Below, one piece after another: positions 17,536 through 25,896 of a stretch of DNA of 29,685 nucleotides. The notes below the pieces were generated by a model that saw only the letters and a program-made list of their open reading frames with translations, searched no databases and had not been told where the DNA came from. Every line of letters begins with the position of its first letter. Positions within the stretch are counted from its first letter, which is position 1. A program made the position numbers and the translations under genes. Source of the DNA: Candidatus Micrarchaeota archaeon (GTDB taxonomy: Archaea > B1Sed10-29 > JAJRYS01); the NCBI GenBank assembly GCA_964496415.1, contig CAZBZN010000007.1, forward strand, positions 5,470 to 35,154, written 5' to 3'.

Positions 17536-19268
17536 GAAATCACCATGATTATCACTATGCCAATAAACGCGATGGCTATGCTTTTTTCAAGGCTTTTAGG
17601 AGTAAATACTTCAAGAGACCTGCTTGTTTTTGAAATAAGTTTAAGCATTCCAGGATTTTCAACAACAAACTTAACATACCTTGTTTCTATTTTTTCCCAA
17701 ATTCTTTCTTTTGCATTGAGTATTTTGGTTATTACTTTCATGGTGTTGATTGCTAGTTTGTCATACCATGATGAAAGTTTTGTTGAGAGCATGTAAAGTT
17801 CTTTTTTCTGCCATCTTGGCAAGTATTCATAATAAATGTAAAATCCTACAAAGCCTATTAAGATAAGGACAAACGGGTCAATGATCCATTTAAAAGGAAG
17901 CTGTGTCCCCATTAAGTTAGAATATAATGGGGTTAAAGGGATTAAAGAAATCATTAGTAAGAGTGTTATAAATTCTGGGATAAGTAATCCTGCAGGAGCT
18001 ATTTTCAAACTTACTTTTTTCGGTCCTTTATAGAGGTAGTATAATAATCTCATTGCGTACATTACTGTAATGACAAAACCAATATCTATCAAGATTTTTA
18101 GTTTTGTATTTTTTAGAGCCACGAACATGAATTCTTTACTCCAAAAACCATTAAGAGGAGGAATTGCTGCAAGTGACAAGATTGCAAGAGAAAATATTAT
18201 GAAAGTGTAAGGCATTTCTCTTGCAATGCTTCCTATTCTTTTAATGTTTCTTTCTCCAGTCAAATGGATTATGTTACCAGAACACATGAACATAAGGCTT
18301 TTGAACATTGCATGCGATGCTAAATAAAACATTCCAGCAGTTATTCCTTTCCATGACAAGCCTACTGCAATAATCATGTAAGAAATCTGCGAAGTGGTCG
18401 AGTAAGCAGCTATTCTTTTAATATCCTCTGAACCCAAAGCAAAAAGTCCAGTAATTATCCCAGATATTGCTGCAAAGTATAGTACAAAATGCCATACTGG
18501 AGTTTGAGATATTAATGGGTAGAAGACTGCAAAAAAGTAAACAGGCGCTTGAACTAAAGTTGCTGAATGCAAGAAAGCAGATACTGGGGTTGGTGCTTCC
18601 ATAGCATCAGGAAGCCATATTTGAAAAGGAACTTGTGCTGCTTTAGCAAACCCAGCTATTGCGAATAAAATTGCCACGTAAAATAAAACGGTGGCTGGAA
18701 CAGTTGAAGAAAGAATTTCAGGGATGAGGGTGGTTTTTGTTTGTAAGAACAGCAAGAAAATCCCTATCAGTAAAGCAAGGTCTCCGAATTTTGTTATAAT
18801 AAAAGCTTCTGCTCCAGCAATCCTTGCTTTTCTCTTTTTGAAATTAAAGTTTATCAAAAAATAAGAGCAAAGAGTGGTTAATTCCCAGAAAAAGAATAAT
18901 TGTATTAGGTCAGGTGACAATGCCAACCCAACCATTGCCCAAGTAAAAACAAGCATGAGTGAGTAAAACCTTCTCAGAGCTTTTGTTTTTTTCATATATG
19001 TTAAGGAATAAAACAACACAATGCTTGAAATAGTTAGGATTACGATTGTAAAAACTACTCCTAGTTTTGACCACCAGATTCCAAAATCTGCTATCGGAAG
19101 CCACCTTACTTTAACAAGGTTTGCTTCAAAGCCTCTTAAGAAAACCAGTATTAGTGAAATTAAGGGGTAAAAAGGAGCTGTTTTGTATAGTTTTTCTTTT
19201 AACGAGATTATCCCTGCTCCTATTAATGGAAGTAAAAACACAAGAGCTTCAAGTAATACTTCATTCAT
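17520..19268 (-). CDS. Antiporter-like membrane subunit, NuoL-like with lateral helix
   Basis: FFFWE, KAAQVPFQIWLPDAMEAPTPVSAFLHSAT, DIKRIAAYSTTSQ, HAMFKSLMF, GFWSKE, long amphipathic C-terminal stretch plus a final TM. Confidence 0.93.
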   Translation of the reverse strand: MNEVLLEALVFLLPLIGAGIISLKEKLYKTAPFYPLISLILVFLRGFEANLVKVRWLPIADFGIWWSKLGVVFTIVILTISSIVLFYSLTYMKKTKALRRFYSLMLVFTWAMVGLALSPDLIQLFFFWELTTLCSYFLINFNFKKRKARIAGAEAFIITKFGDLALLIGIFLLFLQTKTTLIPEILSSTVPATVLFYVAILFAIAGFAKAAQVPFQIWLPDAMEAPTPVSAFLHSATLVQAPVYFFAVFYPLISQTPVWHFVLYFAAISGIITGLFALGSEDIKRIAAYSTTSQISYMIIAVGLSWKGITAGMFYLASHAMFKSLMFMCSGNIIHLTGERNIKRIGSIAREMPYTFIIFSLAILSLAAIPPLNGFWSKEFMFVALKNTKLKILIDIGFVITVMYAMRLLYYLYKGPKKVSLKIAPAGLLIPEFITLLLMISLIPLTPLYSNLMGTQLPFKWIIDPFVLILIGFVGFYIYYEYLPRWQKKELYMLSTKLSSWYDKLAINTMKVITKILNAKERIWEKIETRYVKFVVENPGMLKLISKTSRSLEVFTPKSLEKSIAIAFIGIVIIMVISCSGL

Positions 19269-19497
19269 GTTTTTCCCCTTTCAACAAGTAAATCAATAAC
19301 AAAACACAAAACCCTGCTGTTTCTAATACCATAGTTATTATTAACAGTTTCCAGGCTCCTGTTTTTACTAACAGTAAGTTTGGAGTTGTCAGGCTTAAGG
19401 TTATCCCACAAAGCCTTTTGCTTTTTTCTTTAGAAAGCAAACAAATTATTCCTAATACTAACAACCCAAAGCTTGTTTCAACGTACATTTTTCTCAT
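19261..19497 (-). CDS. Small 3-TM subunit, NuoK/MrpC-like
   Basis: Three hydrophobic segments, LGI in TM1, LETAG in TM3, position immediately before the NuoL homologue. Confidence 0.6.
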   Translation of the reverse strand: MRKMYVETSFGLLVLGIICLLSKEKSKRLCGITLSLTTPNLLLVKTGAWKLLIITMVLETAGFCVLLLIYLLKGEKHE

Positions 19498-19678
19498 TCA
19501 CCATCCTTACTCCAATTGAGATTATTATTATCACAATTAGTACTGAAAGCATTACTTCTTTTCCAATTAATTCTCCAGGAACATGTTTTTGAAAGATGAT
19601 TACTTTATCTGATAAACTTGCTATTAGCAAAACGCCAAATGCAAGTACTATCATTTTTAACCGATGATTTTTACTCAT
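19478..19678 (-). CDS. Small 2-TM subunit, NuoJ C-terminal half-like
   Basis: TM-loop-TM, with KEVMLSVLIVIIIISIG resembling NuoJ TM5. Start re-assigned to ATG 19678, overlapping the upstream stop. Confidence 0.5.
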   Translation of the reverse strand: MSKNHRLKMIVLAFGVLLIASLSDKVIIFQKHVPGELIGKEVMLSVLIVIIIISIGVRMVNEKNVR

Positions 19679-19892
19679 ACTCCCACTTCTCATAAAAGTA
19701 AACAACAACACTTATGCCAGCAAACAACACTGCCTGCATAATGCCAACCAAAAGATTATCAACTGCTATTATTAAGCCAAGGAATAATCCTGTAAGCATT
19801 AAGGAAACCACCATTTTTTCTTTCCTAAGTATCACTACTGAAAATGCTGAAACCAGAGTACATAAACAAAGCAAGGTTATTAAATCAAGCAT
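19671..19892 (-). CDS. Small 3-TM subunit, NuoJ N-terminal half / MbhD-like
   Basis: SAFSVV...VGIMQAVLFAGISVV resembles NuoJ TM1-3 (Q-x-x-V-Y-A-G). Confidence 0.65.
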   Translation of the reverse strand: MLDLITLLCLCTLVSAFSVVILRKEKMVVSLMLTGLFLGLIIAVDNLLVGIMQAVLFAGISVVVYFYEKWEYE

Positions 19893-20743
19893 ACTAGAAC
19901 ACCAATTATTGAAATAATCAAGGGATATTTAAACCAATTACTTGCTTGGTCAATCCTATACCTTGGAAATAAGGCATTCATAAAACTGAGAAGGAATGTT
20001 ATTGGAATGGCTTCAAGTAAGTTAATCATGCTTGGTCCAAAAAGCAAAGCTGCGCCAAAAACTCCTACGAATAAGAATTCAACATTTTTAGCAAGTTTTA
20101 GTATTGCTAGTTTTCTTCCACTAAGGTCTGTTTCATAACCTGCTATTAGTTCTTGTTCAGCAGTTGAGATGTCAAAAGGAAGTTTTTCAAGTTTTGCAGC
20201 TGAAGAAAGCAAATAACCAATAAATGGGATGATTAAGACAGGTGAAAATCCTTTCAATTCAGAAAGGCTTAATGCTTTTGAAAAAATCATAAAACTAACT
20301 ACTGAAAGAATAAAGCTTAGTTCATAAGAGAAGAATAAGAGTGTTTTTCTCATCGAACCAATTACTGCAAAAGGATTTTTTGAACTAACTCCTAAAAACA
20401 TTATCAGAAGGCATGTTAAGTCAAACAAGAGAATTAAGAAGATAAAATCTCCTGGAAAACTAAAAGCATTAAGGTGAAATGGAATAATTAAGATTGAAAA
20501 TAAGCTCAAAGCCAAAACAATTACTGGTATTAAACCCATCACCTTGCTTTGCACTAAATCCTCTTTGTAAAGCAACTTTAAGAAATCAGCAAATGGCTGT
20601 AGGATTCCATAAGGCCCAGTAATCAAAGGACCATGTCTTCTTTGGACTTTTGCAACAGTTTTTCTTTCAACCCACTCAACAAGAAAAGCTAAAAAAATTA
20701 TCGATATTACGATTTCACTGAAATAAACCAACTCTTCAAGCAT
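19880..20743 (-). CDS. Membrane anchor subunit, NuoH/EchB/MbhM-like
   Basis: ERKxxAKVQRRHGP, GILQPFADFLKLLYKE, PFD...AEQELIAGY, PRYRIDQ. Confidence 0.95.
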   Translation of the reverse strand: MLEELVYFSEIVISIIFLAFLVEWVERKTVAKVQRRHGPLITGPYGILQPFADFLKLLYKEDLVQSKVMGLIPVIVLALSLFSILIIPFHLNAFSFPGDFIFLILLFDLTCLLIMFLGVSSKNPFAVIGSMRKTLLFFSYELSFILSVVSFMIFSKALSLSELKGFSPVLIIPFIGYLLSSAAKLEKLPFDISTAEQELIAGYETDLSGRKLAILKLAKNVEFLFVGVFGAALLFGPSMINLLEAIPITFLLSFMNALFPRYRIDQASNWFKYPLIISIIGVLVCLI

Positions 20744-21029
20744 AAACTATCACCAAAGCAGTTATTAAGAAACTAGTTAGCACTATGCTTGCATAAATCG
20801 TGTTTTTAAAGAACAGCAGTAAGAGGATCATGCTTTCAACTATCAAGAACAATGTAGCTGTTTTCAAAAGTTCTGAATGGTACTTTTTAAGCTTTTGAAA
20901 TTCCTTAAATCCAGACACAAAGGGGGTTGTTTTTCTTTTTTTGACATAAAATCCTGGAATGAGATAGATCAATAATGAGAAAATGACACTCACAATAGCA
21001 GCAGCTATTAAGTTATCCAGCACCTTCAC
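20736..21029 (-). CDS. 3-TM subunit, NuoA-like
   Basis: TM1, loop KTTPFVSG (cf. KxxPF/YESG), TM2 LFLIVE, TM3. Confidence 0.7.
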   Translation of the reverse strand: MKVLDNLIAAAIVSVIFSLLIYLIPGFYVKKRKTTPFVSGFKEFQKLKKYHSELLKTATLFLIVESMILLLLFFKNTIYASIVLTSFLITALVIVYA

Positions 21030-21354
21030 TCACCAGCTTTTTCTTATTTTTATCACTCATGTCAAAAACTGTTGAAAAACTTATTGCTTTAGTAGGGCAT
21101 ACTTCCTCACACCTACCACAGAAAATGCATTTTCCTAAGTCAACAACCCATGTTCTTTTTTCTTTATCAACTTTTATTGCAAATGCAGGACAGTTAACTG
21201 CGCATAATCCACAGTAAATGCACTTATTTTTATCATGCACGTGCTTTCCCCTATACTCTTTTTGAATTTTAGGGTCACCAAAAGGATACTCTACTGTGAC
21301 TCTTTTTTTGAAAAAATCCCTAACCTCAAACATGATAGCTTTTATTACCTTCAT
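21013..21354 (-). CDS. 2[4Fe-4S] subunit, NuoI/EchF/MbhN-like
   Basis: TVEYP, YRG, CIYCGLCAVNCP, CIFCGRCEEVCP. Confidence 0.95.
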   Translation of the reverse strand: MKVIKAIMFEVRDFFKKRVTVEYPFGDPKIQKEYRGKHVHDKNKCIYCGLCAVNCPAFAIKVDKEKRTWVVDLGKCIFCGRCEEVCPTKAISFSTVFDMSDKNKKKLVSEGAG

Positions 21355-21770
21355 TTTCCAGCACCAAGTTCTTCAGCCATTTTTTTAATAGCAGCAATGA
21401 TTGCTTCTGGTTTAGGAGGACATCCTGGAACATATAAGTCAACTTTGAATAATTTATCAGCAGGTCCTGCAATGTTATAAGAACCAGCAAAAACCCCACC
21501 ACTTATCGCACAACTTCCCAAAGCAATTACTTTCTTAGGTTCAGGGGTTTGTTTTATCACTTCTTTTACTTTATCAACATTTTTCCAGTTTATTGGCCCT
21601 ATTACTATTATTATGTCAGCGTGTTTTGGTGAACCAACAAGTTTTACTCCAAGTCTTTCAGGGTCATACTTTGAAGCTAACGTAGCAAGCAATTCAATAT
21701 CACAACCATTACACCCGCCAGCATTTAAATGATAAATCCAAAGGCTTCTTTTCCTAGCCCATTTTAACAT
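21351..21770 (-). CDS. Group 4 [NiFe]-hydrogenase small subunit (EchC/MbhJ/NuoB-like)
   Basis: GCNGCDIE (CxxC hydrogenase type, not the tandem CC of NuoB), SPKHAD, GSCAISGG, VPGCPP. Confidence 0.95.
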   Translation of the reverse strand: MLKWARKRSLWIYHLNAGGCNGCDIELLATLASKYDPERLGVKLVGSPKHADIIIVIGPINWKNVDKVKEVIKQTPEPKKVIALGSCAISGGVFAGSYNIAGPADKLFKVDLYVPGCPPKPEAIIAAIKKMAEELGAGK

Positions 21771-22912
21771 TTTCTCACCAATTCTTGAAAAGTTATTATC
21801 TTTTCTTCACCGCTATTCACATCAATTACACATGCTCTATCAGTACAGCTAAAGCAGGGGTCAAGAGAAATGACCACTGAGGCAGCGTCAGAAATCATTT
21901 CCCCAGCAAGCATTTCAGGCAAAGCAATAAAGTTAGCATAAGTAGGAGGCCTTATCCTAAGTCTTTTTGGAGTAGTTTTTCCAGTAAGCAAGTAATGAAA
22001 GTTTTCACCTCTTGGCGCTTCCACTCTCGCAACGCTTCTTATTCCTTCTTCAAGCACTACCTTGTCTTTTCCCCGGTAATCTTGTTCTGGAAGGTCAAGT
22101 AATTGGTTTATGATTTCAATGCTCTCAAAGATTTCCTTTAATCTTACAATTGTTCTTGATAAAGAGTCACCTTTTCTTTCCCTCACCACCTTAAAATCAG
22201 TAAAGTAATACGCATCATAGCCTTCAATTTCCCTAATATCCCTTTTCAAGCCAGAGCCTCTTGCAACAGGCCCTACGACACCAAGCTCTTCAGCTCTTTT
22301 CTTTTTAAGAACTCCTATTCCTTTTAGTCTTTCAACATAAGGGTCATTACTCATTATTTCCTCGTATAACCTTTGAGTGTTTGCTTTTATCATTCCAAGC
22401 TTTTTTCTAACAAACTCTGCAGTTTCTTTAGTAATGTCTTTTCTCACTCCACCGAACTCACTTACTCCGTAATGCCTTCTTGCTCCTGAAATTTTTTCAA
22501 CAGTTTCAAGCACGTCTTCTCTATAAGTCATAGCATGCATGAATAAAGTATCAAACCCAAGCAAGTTTGACTGGACTGCAAGACACAATAAGTGACTTTG
22601 AATTCTTTCAAATTCAGACATTATGCTTCTAATCATTTTTGCTTTCTTGCTTGGTTCAAGCCCAGCAGCTCTTTCAACAGCTTTAGTAAAAGCAGAATTA
22701 TGAGTGTTAGAACAAATACCGCAGATTCTCTCTACTAAGTAAATTACTTTATCATAAGACCTTGACTCAGCTAGTTTTTCAATTCCCCTATGATTATAAC
22801 CTAAGAAAAACTCAACATTAAGAATTTTTTCGCCTTCAACATAAAGCTTCAAGTGTTCTGGTTCTTTAAGCAAAGGATGATACGGCCCTATTGGAATACA
22901 AGTGCCTTTCAT
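21764..22912 (-). CDS. Group 4 [NiFe]-hydrogenase large (catalytic) subunit
   Basis: GPYHP, HRGIEK, L1 ERICGICSNTH, EAPRGE, L2 DPCFSCTDR followed by a 23-aa extension. Start re-assigned to ATG 22912. Confidence 0.96.
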   Translation of the reverse strand: MKGTCIPIGPYHPLLKEPEHLKLYVEGEKILNVEFFLGYNHRGIEKLAESRSYDKVIYLVERICGICSNTHNSAFTKAVERAAGLEPSKKAKMIRSIMSEFERIQSHLLCLAVQSNLLGFDTLFMHAMTYREDVLETVEKISGARRHYGVSEFGGVRKDITKETAEFVRKKLGMIKANTQRLYEEIMSNDPYVERLKGIGVLKKKRAEELGVVGPVARGSGLKRDIREIEGYDAYYFTDFKVVRERKGDSLSRTIVRLKEIFESIEIINQLLDLPEQDYRGKDKVVLEEGIRSVARVEAPRGENFHYLLTGKTTPKRLRIRPPTYANFIALPEMLAGEMISDAASVVISLDPCFSCTDRACVIDVNSGEEKIITFQELVRKC

Positions 22913-22941
22913 AATGATCAATAACACTAACTCATAACTTG

Positions 22942-22950
22942 TTTTTATAA
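22942..22950 (-). promoter_or_regulatory. Putative TATA box (TTATAAAAA) of the hydrogenase operon
   Basis: Lies in the short asnS-large subunit gap, about 29 nt before ATG 22912. Confidence 0.5.
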
Positions 22951-22954
22951 TTAG

Positions 22955-24229
22955 CTAAGGATAATACCTTTCAGGAGTTCTTGGAAAAGCAATAGCATCT
23001 TTTATGTTATCCAAGTCACAAAGCCACATTATGACCCTTTCAACACCTAATCCAAAACCACTGTGAGGAACAGAACCATAACGTCTTGTGTCAAGATAAA
23101 ACTTATAGTTTTCAAGTTTTTCACCCTGCGCTAACAGTCTTTGTTCAAGTTTCTTAACATCTGTTTCTCTTTCACTAGCCCCAATTATTTCCCCTACTTT
23201 TGGCACAAGCATGTCAAACCCAAGCACTTTAGAAGGATCTTCTGGGTCTTCTTTCATGTAAAAAGCTTTTATCTCTTTAGGATAATGAGTGACTATGAGT
23301 GGTTTTTCATACAATTCAGTGAGTTTTTTCTCCTCAATAGTTCTAAGGTCCTTGCCATAAGGAACTTTCACGCCAAGCTCTGATAGCTTTTCAAGAGCTT
23401 CATCATAAGTTATTCTTGGGAAAGGAGGTTTTATCTTTGATAACTTTTCAACATCAGCGCCAAGAAATTCAAGTTCTTCCTTGTCCTCGTCAAGCACTCT
23501 CCTGCATATAAAGCTAATCAGTTCTTCTGCTTCTTTTTGGAGTTCTTCAAAATCCATCCAAGCAGCTTCCATTTCAGCATGCCAGTACTCAGTCAAGTGC
23601 CTGGAAGTAGAAGACTTTTCAGCCCTAAAAGAAGGAGCAATAGTATAAATCTTCTCTAACGCGAATATCGCTGCCTCAGCATAAAGCTGCCATGTCTGCG
23701 ACAAGTAAACCTTCTTGCCGAAGTAGTTTACTTCAAACAAAGTAGAACCGCCTTCAGCAGCTGCTGGAGTGAATATCGGCGAGTGGAATTCATAGTATCC
23801 TTTTCCCCTGAAGAAGTCATGAATTGCCCTGAAAACAGTTGACCTTACTTTTAACACTGACGTCATTTTTCTTGACCTAAGCCATAGGTGGCGGTTGTCA
23901 AGCAAGAATTCATAAGACTGGTCCTTAGTAATAGGGAACCTCTCAGCCAAATGGACTACTTTCATTTCTTTTACTTTTAACTCATAACCAGTAGGAGCTC
24001 TTTTGTCTTCCACGATTGTTCCAGTCAGGACTACTGAAGACTCTATGCTTAACTTGTCAGCCTGTTCATAAAAAGGAGAGTCTTTCTTAACAGTGCATTG
24101 AAGAATTCCAGAAGAATCTCTTAAAATTATAAACACTACTTCTTTAGTTGAACGATGCCTGTAAACCCAGCCACGTACAGTTACTTCTTCCCCAACATGA
24201 TCTGCTGCTTGTTTTGCTTTTATCAGCAT
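22955..24229 (-). CDS. asnS: Asparagine--tRNA ligase
   Basis: N-terminal OB fold, NRHLWLR, EGGSTLF, YLSQTWQLY, FRAEKSSTSRHLTEYW, KAFYM, YGSVPHSGFGLGVER. Confidence 0.93.
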   Translation of the reverse strand: MLIKAKQAADHVGEEVTVRGWVYRHRSTKEVVFIILRDSSGILQCTVKKDSPFYEQADKLSIESSVVLTGTIVEDKRAPTGYELKVKEMKVVHLAERFPITKDQSYEFLLDNRHLWLRSRKMTSVLKVRSTVFRAIHDFFRGKGYYEFHSPIFTPAAAEGGSTLFEVNYFGKKVYLSQTWQLYAEAAIFALEKIYTIAPSFRAEKSSTSRHLTEYWHAEMEAAWMDFEELQKEAEELISFICRRVLDEDKEELEFLGADVEKLSKIKPPFPRITYDEALEKLSELGVKVPYGKDLRTIEEKKLTELYEKPLIVTHYPKEIKAFYMKEDPEDPSKVLGFDMLVPKVGEIIGASERETDVKKLEQRLLAQGEKLENYKFYLDTRRYGSVPHSGFGLGVERVIMWLCDLDNIKDAIAFPRTPERYYP

Positions 24230-24251
24230 GGTGTTTAATTAGTTTTTCAAG

Positions 24252-24260
24252 TTTTAAATA
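24252..24260. promoter_or_regulatory. Putative shared bidirectional TATA element (TTTTAAATA)
   Basis: Centred in the 53-nt gap, 22 nt from each of the divergent ATGs (24229 minus, 24283 plus). Confidence 0.6.
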
Positions 24261-24282
24261 GTTTGCCTGGTTTATTATTCTC

Positions 24283-24864
24283 ATGGTTGACAAGCAATTA
24301 GTTGACTTGATGAGAAAAGCTGCTGAAAAAGGAGAAAACTTTTCAGTAACCGACGAGCAGTTTGCTGAATTAATTGATTTTAAGGAAAAACCAAACTCTG
24401 ATGTTGGGTTAGCTGTGATGAAAAGAATCATCAAAACGATTGAACAGCATTATAACAAACCAGCCCCTGTAAGAGTAAAAGCTTTTGAAAAACAATTCCC
24501 TGAGAAAAAAGTAGAAGTATGGCTTTTCAGTGACTCAGGAAGGCTTTGCAGTCAAGGAATATTTGACAGGATTTACGTGATGAAAGGTAACATTTACTCT
24601 GCTTCTTTTTCAAGAGAAGACGAACCAATAAGAACAAACGGAGTACTTGTATGTTCTTTGCTTGAGAGTTTTGCTGCTTTAGTAGCGTCAAGAATGGAGA
24701 CTGCTTCAACAGAATATGAAGTAATAAACATGGATGTTGTTAAAACTCTTGACCAAGCAAACTTGACCATGCCTGGTTTTCTAAAGTTTTTCATGCAAAA
24801 AAATAACAAAGAAACTCATATTAACTCGTTAGTAAATGCAAACGCAGAGGTAATAGTCACTTAA
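24283..24864 (+). CDS. Stand-alone protein resembling the C-terminal anticodon-binding domain of O-phosphoseryl-tRNA synthetase (SepRS_C)
   Basis: Colinear resemblance to the SepRS C-terminus as I recall it: TDEQFAELI, P..DVG, H..KPAP, KKVEV, RLC, IYVMKGNIY, NGV, ESFAALVA, VKTLDQANL, NNKETHI. No catalytic class II motifs. Confidence 0.7.
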   Translation: MVDKQLVDLMRKAAEKGENFSVTDEQFAELIDFKEKPNSDVGLAVMKRIIKTIEQHYNKPAPVRVKAFEKQFPEKKVEVWLFSDSGRLCSQGIFDRIYVMKGNIYSASFSREDEPIRTNGVLVCSLLESFAALVASRMETASTEYEVINMDVVKTLDQANLTMPGFLKFFMQKNNKETHINSLVNANAEVIVT

Positions 24865-25896
24865 TTAGTACCTTGGAAAAGGTTTGAAGGGGTTTAAGAG
24901 CAGTTCTATTGTTCTTTGATTGCTTTTCTCAATATTTACTTTTGTAGGTTTAAATTTTTCATAGTATTTTTTCCATGTGGCATCTATCGCTTTTTTAATT
25001 TCAGTGCTTAATTTCCAAGAACCACAGTATTCTTCTCTAAACTCTTTTAATAGATATCTTGAAATTTCAGCCCCTTTTACAATTTTCTTTTTTGTATTCA
25101 TTTTTTCAACAAACTCGTATTGTTTAGCAGAGATTCTGTTAAGTTTTCTTATTAATGTATTAATGTCATTTGTTTCATAATCATTTATTAGGATTGAAAA
25201 CCCGGCAACTTTGTCTGATAATCGTGCTTTGCTTATCACATGGCCAAGCCAGTCTATCTTTAATTTATTCATTTTATATGAAATAAATAGCTTTACTTCT
25301 TTTATTTTTGTGTTTTTGCCCCATAGGTCACGTGGGTTGGCTCTGTATAAATGATACACAATTACTTGTTTTCCATTGATTTTATAAGGGCCACTTATAT
25401 TGAGTCCTGCTGTTCTGAAAACATCATAATAAAAAGCTCTAGCATATGAATCTATTGATAGTATCAATTGTGCAAGTTCATCTTTTTCTTCTTCTGCGTT
25501 TTTAAGTTTGATTCTTTTTACTTCTTTTTCTATTTGTTTTTCTTTGGTATTATTTATTGCATGCCAGTTTCTTCCTGTTTTATTTTTTAGTACTTTTATC
25601 CATGTTTTTAGAAAAGTATTAATTTCTTGATTATTCATTTTTCTTTCAATTCTGTTTATTTTTAGTCCAACAAGCCACAAGCTATTAAAAGAATGTCTTA
25701 TTGTAGATGCGTTAAGAATAAATTCTGAGATTTTAGGTATAGAGAGATCTTTTATAGAGTCCCATACTTCAAGAGTATCTATAAAGTCAAAATTTGTTAC
25801 TATTTGTGAAGCGCTGATTGGCCAAAAAGTTCTTGAATCAGTTCTTGAAAAAGCCATTGCTATTGATTCTAACATTTTTTGCAAGTCATTCGTCAT
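24865..25896 (-). CDS. Hypothetical protein (343 aa, soluble, AT-rich)
   Basis: Long ORF overlapping the upstream PEP-mobile gene by 11 nt; no family recognised. Confidence 0.8.
   Translation of the reverse strand: MTNDLQKMLESIAMAFSRTDSRTFWPISASQIVTNFDFIDTLEVWDSIKDLSIPKISEFILNASTIRHSFNSLWLVGLKINRIERKMNNQEINTFLKTWIKVLKNKTGRNWHAINNTKEKQIEKEVKRIKLKNAEEEKDELAQLILSIDSYARAFYYDVFRTAGLNISGPYKINGKQVIVYHLYRANPRDLWGKNTKIKEVKLFISYKMNKLKIDWLGHVISKARLSDKVAGFSILINDYETNDINTLIRKLNRISAKQYEFVEKMNTKKKIVKGAEISRYLLKEFREEYCGSWKLSTEIKKAIDATWKKYYEKFKPTKVNIEKSNQRTIELLLNPFKPFPRY

Noticed and set aside
14083..22912. NADH:quinone oxidoreductase (complex I) or Mbx/Mbs annotation
   Set aside because: The large subunit retains both CxxC Ni-binding motifs and a cleavable tail, a maturation protease is adjacent, and no NuoEFG is present
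22955..24229. Non-discriminating AspRS
   Set aside because: FRAEKS.T.RHLTEYW, HLWLR and YGSVPHSGFGLG fit AsnRS better
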